NCBI GenBank assembly: GCA_964638925.1
Contig: CAZWZP010000001.1
Location: forward strand, 1 to 53,971
Origin: an uncultured Stakelama sp.
Lineage (GTDB): Bacteria > Pseudomonadota > Alphaproteobacteria > Sphingomonadales > Sphingomonadaceae
DNA: 53,971 nt
Reading direction: 5' to 3'
Numbering within the stretch: position 1 is the first letter of the stretch; each line of letters begins with the position of its first letter. A program made the translations under genes and the position numbers. Shown piece by piece: positions 48,241-53,971 of the stretch. The notes under the pieces were generated by a model, which saw only the letters and a program-made list of their open reading frames with translations, did no database searches and was not told the origin of the DNA.

Positions 48241-51200
48241 ATGAGCAAGACGCCGATCAAGTCGCTCGCCGAGGCGCTGCATGTGCGCCTCACCGATGGG
48301 GCCCTGCCGGGGGAGCTGGAGGGGTTCGACGACACCGCCCGCGCCGCGGCCGCAAGGTTCGTGGCGGAGGCAGCGGCGACGCGCGCGCCCGGCACGCCGG
48401 GGGTGGCACTCGAAACGGGGCTGGGCGAAGATAGCCGCGCGATGCGGCTTGCGGTCGTCAATGACGACATGCCGTTCCTGGTCGATTCGATCGCCGCCAC
48501 GATCGCCGCGCACGACATTGCCATCCGGCGCATCATCCATCCCGTCGTCGCGGTCGAGCGCGCTGGCGACGGCACGCTGGCCGGCATCGGCAGCGGCGGG
48601 TCGCGCGAATCGATGGTCTATCTCGAGCTGGAGCGCGCCGATGCGCGTGACCGGACGGGACTGGTCCGCGATCTCGAACGCAACCTTGGCCATGTCCGTG
48701 CCGCAGTAACCGACTGGACCGAGCTGCGTCGCGCGATGAGCGATGACGCGAACAAGATCGCCGATGCGGAGGGCGCGGCGCTGCTGCGCTGGTTCCAGGG
48801 CGGCAGCATGACGCTGGTCGGCCATGAGAATTGGCATCGCGACGGCAGGGTCACCGATGCGGCGGGTATCTGCCGCATGAAGCTCGAAACGCCCCTGCTC
48901 GCCGAGGCATCGCGCAAGCTGGCGGTGGAATGGTTCGAACAGGGTGGGCAGCCGCCGTTGCTGCTCAAATCGAACTTCATTTCGACCGTGCATCGCCGCG
49001 CTCCGCTCGATCTGGTGCTGGTGCCATTGCGCGACGGGCCGAAGGTAACCGGACTGTCGGTTCATGCCGGGCTGTGGACCAGTGCCGCACTGCACTCGAC
49101 GCCGGATGAGGTGCCGATGCTGCGGTCGCGCATCGCGGCGCTCGAGAGCAAGTTCGGGTTCGACCCGCGCGGCCATACCGGCAAGGCGCTGGCACATGCG
49201 CTGAGCGGGCTGCCGCACGATTTGACCACCGCCTTCCCCGGCGCGGCACTGGAGGAGATCGCGCTCACCGCCATGTCGGTGACCGATCGCCCACGGCCCA
49301 AGCTGGTGCTGATCCGCAGCGCGCTGGGCCGCCATCTGTTCGCCTTTGTGTGGCTGCCGCGCGATGAGGTTTCGACCGGACGGCGCGTCGCAATCGGCGA
49401 AATGCTGGAAGCGCGTGCCAATGCCTCGCTGCTCAGCTGGTCGATCGCGCTGGAGGACGGGCCGGTCGCGCTGCTGCGCTACACGCTCGACCTGCGGGGC
49501 GAGGGACGGATGCCCGACGCCGCCGCGCTGGATGTCGAGCTGGAGCGGATGGTGCGCGGCTGGCTGCCGGCGATCGAACATGCGTTGCGGGAAGATGGTG
49601 CCACCCCGTCGCGTGCGGCGCGGCTGGCACTGCGCTACGCCACCTGTTTCCCGTTTGGCTATCGCAACAGCAACCCGCCGGAAGAGGCGGCGCGCGATAT
49701 CGTCCGCATCGCCGGGCTGGCGGACGATCATGCGCGCTCGGTGCGTATCTATCCGCAGGACGGCAAGCTGCGGATCAAGCTCTACCGCCTCGGCGGGCCG
49801 CTGCCGCTGTCCGACGCGGTGCCGGTGTTCGAGAATTTCGGATTCCGCGTGATCGAGGAGCTGCCCACTGCGCTGGCCGGCGATGCCGATGGCTATATCC
49901 ATGATTTCGAGGTCGAGCTGCCCGGCGGCGGAGCGCTGAAAGGGGAGACCGCGACCGTCGAGGGCGCGATTGCCGCCGTGCTGGAAATGCGCGCGGAGAA
50001 TGATGCGTTCAACCGCCTGATCGTCGAAGCAGGTCTGGCCCCGGCATCGGTCGTACTGCTGCGCGCCTGGTTCCGCTACCTGCGCCAGACCGGCCTGTCC
50101 TATGGCCTGGTCACCGTGGTCGAGGCGTTGCGCCGCGCGCCCGCCGTCGCGACTGCGCTGGTTGATCGCTTTGCCGCCGCGCATGATCCGGCACGCGCCA
50201 AGGATAGTGCCGCTGCAATTGCCGACGCCGACGCCGCGATTGCGGCGGGCCTTGATGCCGTCAGTGCGATCGACGACGACCGCATCCTGCGCGCGATTTC
50301 CGGCGTGATCCACGCCACGCTGCGCACCAACGCCTATGCCCCCGCCGCCGCTGAAGCGCTGGCGTTCAAGCTCGACAGCCGGCTCGTCCCCAACCTGCCC
50401 GCGCCGCTGCCGTGGCGCGAGATCTGGGTCTATTCGCCGCGCGTCGAGGGCATCCATCTGCGTGCCGGTCCGGTCGCGCGCGGCGGGCTGCGCTGGTCTG
50501 ACCGGCGCGACGATTTCCGCACCGAGATCCTCGGCCTGATGAAGGCGCAGCGCGTGAAGAACGCGGTGATCGTGCCGACCGGCGCAAAGGGCGGCTTCTA
50601 TCCCAAGCAGCTCCCCTCCCCCGCCATCGACCGCGATGCGTGGTTCGAGGAGGGCAAGGAGAGCTATCGCATCTTCATCCGTTCGCTGTTGTCGATCACC
50701 GACAATATCGTCAGCGGCGCGGTGGTGCACCCCGACAGCGTCGTGATCCATGACGGCGAGGATCCCTATTTCGTGGTCGCCGCCGACAAGGGCACCGCGA
50801 CGTTCAGCGATGTCGCCAACGCCATCGCGATCGAGCGCGGCTTCTGGCTGGGTGACGCCTTCGCGTCCGGGGGTTCGGTCGGATACGACCACAAGGCGAT
50901 GGGCATCACCGCCAAGGGCGCGTGGGTCAGCGTCCAGCGTCACTTCCTGGAGATGGGCACCGACGTCCAGACGCAGAGCATCCGCGTTGCGGGTTGCGGC
51001 GACATGTCGGGCGACGTGTTCGGCAACGGTATGCTGCTGTCCAAGGCGATCAAGCTGGTCGCGGCGTTCGACCATCGCCACATCTTCCTCGACCCCGATC
51101 CCGATCCGGCGGCGAGCTGGGCCGAGCGTGAGCGGATGTTCAACCTGCCCCGGTCGAGCTGGGCCGATTATGATCCGGCGCTGATCTCCACCGGCGGCGG

Positions 51201-52857
51201 CGTGTTTGCGCGGTCGGAGAAGTCGATCAAGCTAACGCCGCAGGTGCGCGAAGCGCTGGGGATCGAGGCCGAGGAAATGGAGCCGGGCGCGCTTATTTCC
51301 GCGATCCTCAAGGCACCGGTCGATCTGGTCTGGTTCGGCGGTATCGGCACCTATGTGAAGGCCGCCGCCGAAGCGCATGTCGAGGTGGGTGATCCCGCCA
51401 ATGATCGCCTGCGCGTCAATGCCGAGGATATGCGGGCGCGTGCGATCGGCGAGGGCGCGAATCTGGGCGTCACGCAGGCAGCACGCATCGCCTTTTCGAT
51501 GCGGGGCGGGCGGATCAATACCGACTTCATCGACAATTCGGCGGGCGTCGATTGTTCGGATAACGAGGTCAACATCAAGATCGCGCTCAACCGCGAGGTG
51601 ATCGAGGGCCGCCTGGAAATGGGCGACCGCAACACGCTGCTGGCGTCGATGACCGACGATGTCGCGCATCTGGTGCTGGAGGATAACCGCCTGCAGACGC
51701 TGGCGTTGTCGTTCCTGGAGAATGACGGCCCGGTCGCGGTGCCGAGCTTTGTGCGGCTGACCGAGATCCTTGAAGCCAATGGCCGACTCGACCGCGCGGT
51801 CGAGGGGCTGGCGACCAATGAGGAATATCTGCGCCGGGCGCAGGACGGCGCGGGGCTGACCCGGCCGGAGCTCGCGGTGCTGCTGGCGACGTCCAAGCTG
51901 GCACTGCAGGACGCGATCGAGAGCGGCGGGCTGGGGCTCGACCCGGCGCTGGAACGTGACCTGATCGCGGCCTTCCCCCCGGCGATGCAGGAGCGGTTCA
52001 AGACCGCGATCCTCGAGCACCGCCTGCGCGGCGAGATCGTCGCGACCAAGCTGGCCAACCGCATCGTCAACCGCCTCGGCGTGCTGCATCCGTTCGAGCT
52101 GGCCGAAGAAGAAGGCGCATCGCTGCGCGACATCGCGATGATGTTCGTGGTGACCGAACGGCTGTTCGGGCTGCAGCCGCTTTGGGAGGAGATCGAGACA
52201 GCGGCGATGAGCGAGAGCGCGCGTATCGCCGCGTTCGACGAGATCGCGGTCGCCACCCGATCGCAGATCGCCGACCTGTTGCGGGTGTGCCGTCCGGGCG
52301 AGGATATCGGCGCGGTGCTGGCGCGCCTGAAGCCCGGCATCGACAGCCTCGACCGGCAGGCCAAGACGCTGCTGAAGGAAGAGGCGCTGGCGCAGTCGGG
52401 CCGCATCGCCGCACAGCTGGAGGCGGCGGGCGCACCGGCGGCTTTGGTCGCGAAAATCGTGCGCATCTTCGAGCTCGACGGCGCGGTGGGCCTTGCCGAT
52501 CTGGGCCAGCGGCGCGGCATCGGCGAGACCGAGCTGACCCATGCCTTCACCCATCTGGGGCAGTCACTGGGGCTGGACTGGGCGCAGGCCAATGCCGCGC
52601 GGATCGTCGCGGGCGATCCGTGGGAGCGGCTGTTGATCGCCGGCCTTGCGCGCGACTTCCAGCAATTGCGGCTCGAGTTTCTCGCACGCGGCACCGGCAA
52701 GGATCCGAAGGCCGAGGTCGAAATTTGGCTGGCGGAACATGCCGCACGCGTCGGGCAGTTCGTGGCGCTGGTCGAGCGCGCGAAAAAGGCCCCCGCGCCG
52801 AATGCCGCGATGCTGGCGCAGATTGCCGGGCAGGCGCGGGTGTTGTTGGGGCGGTGA
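48241..52857 (+). CDS. gdhB: Large NAD-specific glutamate dehydrogenase
   Basis: NDDMPFLVDS, ARGGLRWSDR, VVAADKGTATFSD, DAFASGGS, GEGANLG, DNSAGVDCSD; 1538 aa. Confidence 0.97.
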   Translation: MSKTPIKSLAEALHVRLTDGALPGELEGFDDTARAAAARFVAEAAATRAPGTPGVALETGLGEDSRAMRLAVVNDDMPFLVDSIAATIAAHDIAIRRIIHPVVAVERAGDGTLAGIGSGGSRESMVYLELERADARDRTGLVRDLERNLGHVRAAVTDWTELRRAMSDDANKIADAEGAALLRWFQGGSMTLVGHENWHRDGRVTDAAGICRMKLETPLLAEASRKLAVEWFEQGGQPPLLLKSNFISTVHRRAPLDLVLVPLRDGPKVTGLSVHAGLWTSAALHSTPDEVPMLRSRIAALESKFGFDPRGHTGKALAHALSGLPHDLTTAFPGAALEEIALTAMSVTDRPRPKLVLIRSALGRHLFAFVWLPRDEVSTGRRVAIGEMLEARANASLLSWSIALEDGPVALLRYTLDLRGEGRMPDAAALDVELERMVRGWLPAIEHALREDGATPSRAARLALRYATCFPFGYRNSNPPEEAARDIVRIAGLADDHARSVRIYPQDGKLRIKLYRLGGPLPLSDAVPVFENFGFRVIEELPTALAGDADGYIHDFEVELPGGGALKGETATVEGAIAAVLEMRAENDAFNRLIVEAGLAPASVVLLRAWFRYLRQTGLSYGLVTVVEALRRAPAVATALVDRFAAAHDPARAKDSAAAIADADAAIAAGLDAVSAIDDDRILRAISGVIHATLRTNAYAPAAAEALAFKLDSRLVPNLPAPLPWREIWVYSPRVEGIHLRAGPVARGGLRWSDRRDDFRTEILGLMKAQRVKNAVIVPTGAKGGFYPKQLPSPAIDRDAWFEEGKESYRIFIRSLLSITDNIVSGAVVHPDSVVIHDGEDPYFVVAADKGTATFSDVANAIAIERGFWLGDAFASGGSVGYDHKAMGITAKGAWVSVQRHFLEMGTDVQTQSIRVAGCGDMSGDVFGNGMLLSKAIKLVAAFDHRHIFLDPDPDPAASWAERERMFNLPRSSWADYDPALISTGGGVFARSEKSIKLTPQVREALGIEAEEMEPGALISAILKAPVDLVWFGGIGTYVKAAAEAHVEVGDPANDRLRVNAEDMRARAIGEGANLGVTQAARIAFSMRGGRINTDFIDNSAGVDCSDNEVNIKIALNREVIEGRLEMGDRNTLLASMTDDVAHLVLEDNRLQTLALSFLENDGPVAVPSFVRLTEILEANGRLDRAVEGLATNEEYLRRAQDGAGLTRPELAVLLATSKLALQDAIESGGLGLDPALERDLIAAFPPAMQERFKTAILEHRLRGEIVATKLANRIVNRLGVLHPFELAEEEGASLRDIAMMFVVTERLFGLQPLWEEIETAAMSESARIAAFDEIAVATRSQIADLLRVCRPGEDIGAVLARLKPGIDSLDRQAKTLLKEEALAQSGRIAAQLEAAGAPAALVAKIVRIFELDGAVGLADLGQRRGIGETELTHAFTHLGQSLGLDWAQANAARIVAGDPWERLLIAGLARDFQQLRLEFLARGTGKDPKAEVEIWLAEHAARVGQFVALVERAKKAPAPNAAMLAQIAGQARVLLGR

Positions 52858-53155
52858 AATCGGAGGGAGGCGAGATCATGCGTCATGTGTGAATTCGCCT
52901 CCTCCCCTTCGTGGTCCAGTTCCGCGATTATAACCAAATGGGTTATTGTAGGAAAGCGTCTCTCGGAAAGGCGCGGATTTCTGCGGGTTTTGGGCTCATG
53001 ATGGAAGCGGCCTTTGGGTGGCACCAGGCCGGTGTCAGGTTGACGAGGTCAGAGGTGCGGAACCACGCAATGCGAACATGTCGCGTGAAAGCGCGCCATG
53101 GGGCTACGCACGTATGCGACAATCTTCTCTGGCGTGTTGCGAACGTCGCCACCCC

Positions 53156-53283
53156 TCCTCCCCCGGAGGGGGAGGTGGCAGTGCGCAGCACTGACGGAGG
53201 GGTAGTTTCGGCAAGCGACATCGCCGAGAGTTGAGCTACCCCTCCACCGGCTGCGCCGGTCCCCCTCCCCCTCCGGGGGAGGA
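53156..53283. repeat. Alphaproteobacterial palindromic intergenic element (CIR/REP-like)
   Basis: Terminal arms TCCTCCCCCGGAGGGGGAGG and CCCCTCCCCCTCCGGGGGAGGA, inner GGAGGGGTAG / CTACCCCTCC, with nested hairpins. Confidence 0.7.
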
Positions 53284-53322
53284 ATTGCATTGCCTCAGCC
53301 TCAAATCCGCCCGCCGCATTGT

Positions 53323-53365
53323 AATTGCGAATCACTCGCGCTAGTGCTGCGAACGAATCGCAATT
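53323..53365. promoter_or_regulatory. Two Fur-like iron-regulatory boxes
   Basis: AATTGCGAATCACTCGC and TGCGAACGAATCGCAATT (TGCGA-N5-TCGC[A/G]) just upstream of the PepSY-TM gene. Confidence 0.6.
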
Positions 53366-53382
53366 AGGTCCTTCTCACCCCG

Positions 53383-53971
53383 ATGCACGGAACCACCACG
53401 ACCGCGCGTACCAAGCGCAGCCGCAAGGCTTTCTGGCTGAAGCAGCTGCATAGCTGGCACTGGATCAGCTCGGCGATCAGCCTGGTCGGGTTGCTGCTGT
53501 TCGCGATCACCGGGTTCACGCTCAATCACGCCGCCGAGATCGAGGGGTCGCCGCAGACGGTGGAGCGCGCCGCACAGCTGCCCGCGCCGTTGCTGCCAGC
53601 GATCAAGCCCGACGATGCAGCCGATACTAAGAAGCCGCTGCCCGCCCCGGTCGCCGAATGGGTCGAGGGCAATCTGGACGTCAAACATGCCCGCGGCAAC
53701 GCCGAATGGTCGGCCGACGAAATCTACCTCGCTTTGCCCCGCCCCGGCGGCGATGGCTGGGTCGCAATCGACCGGGCGAGCGGCGCGGTGACCACCGAAA
53801 GCACGACGCGCGGCTGGATCGCGTGGCTCAACGACCTGCACAAGGGCCGCAATTCCGGGACGATCTGGAAGTGGTTCATCGACATCTTCGTGCTCGCCTG
53901 CATCGTCTTTTCGCTGACCGGGCTGGTACTGCTGCAGAACGCCAGTCGCGCGGAAGCCTGGCACGACTGGT
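53383..53971 (+). CDS. PepSY-associated TM helix protein (partial, runs off the window)
   Basis: Not in the ORF track. Manual translation: KQLHSWHWISSAISLVGLLLFAITGFTLNH...LPRPGGD...LNDLHKGRNSG..WKWFIDIF. Confidence 0.88.
   Translation, partial: MHGTTTTARTKRSRKAFWLKQLHSWHWISSAISLVGLLLFAITGFTLNHAAEIEGSPQTVERAAQLPAPLLPAIKPDDAADTKKPLPAPVAEWVEGNLDVKHARGNAEWSADEIYLALPRPGGDGWVAIDRASGAVTTESTTRGWIAWLNDLHKGRNSGTIWKWFIDIFVLACIVFSLTGLVLLQNASRAEAWHDW

Noticed and set aside
48175-51081. 968-aa antisense ORF (also 51232-52554 and 51351-53024)
   Set aside because: Shadow of the GC-rich glutamate dehydrogenase gene; no recognisable motifs.
53341-53964. 207-aa minus-strand ORF
   Set aside because: Antisense to the PepSY-TM gene.

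Overview
GC-rich alphaproteobacterial DNA, most like Sphingomonas. The right end (46.5-54 kb) looks like core genome: tRNA-Thr(CGT), a PAS-like hypothetical gene, the large NAD-glutamate dehydrogenase, a palindromic repeat and a PepSY-TM gene. Left of the tRNA 3' end is a mosaic of accessory modules. (1) 1-5.3 kb: an MNIO (DUF692)/DUF2063 RiPP-like operon with a Cys-rich precursor lacking a signal peptide and a ferritin-like (VioB-type) protein, divergent from a gene the ORF track missed. (2) 5.5-16.5 kb: a LacI-controlled sulfated-glycoside locus (TonB receptor, two sulfatases, FGE, GH3, MFS). (3) 16.6-26.2 kb: the most unusual block. It holds two divergent paralogous secreted beta-repeat proteins, two CsgG/HfaB-like proteins, an exported caspase-PDZ, OmpA and DUF4384 proteins. 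Next to these is an operon for a sigma-like protein, a probable anti-sigma factor and a membrane-anchored Lon-type protease with a periplasmic Sel1/TPR region. (4) 26.3-36.2 kb: EmrAB-TolC-type efflux, two TetRs and a GT4 operon sharing one operator. (5) 36.3-46.4 kb: ECF/anti-sigma with DUF305-YVTN, hydrolases, a GMC oxidoreductase, ohrR/ohr and LysR-SnoaL-SDR. All family calls come from motif recognition by eye; no searches were run.
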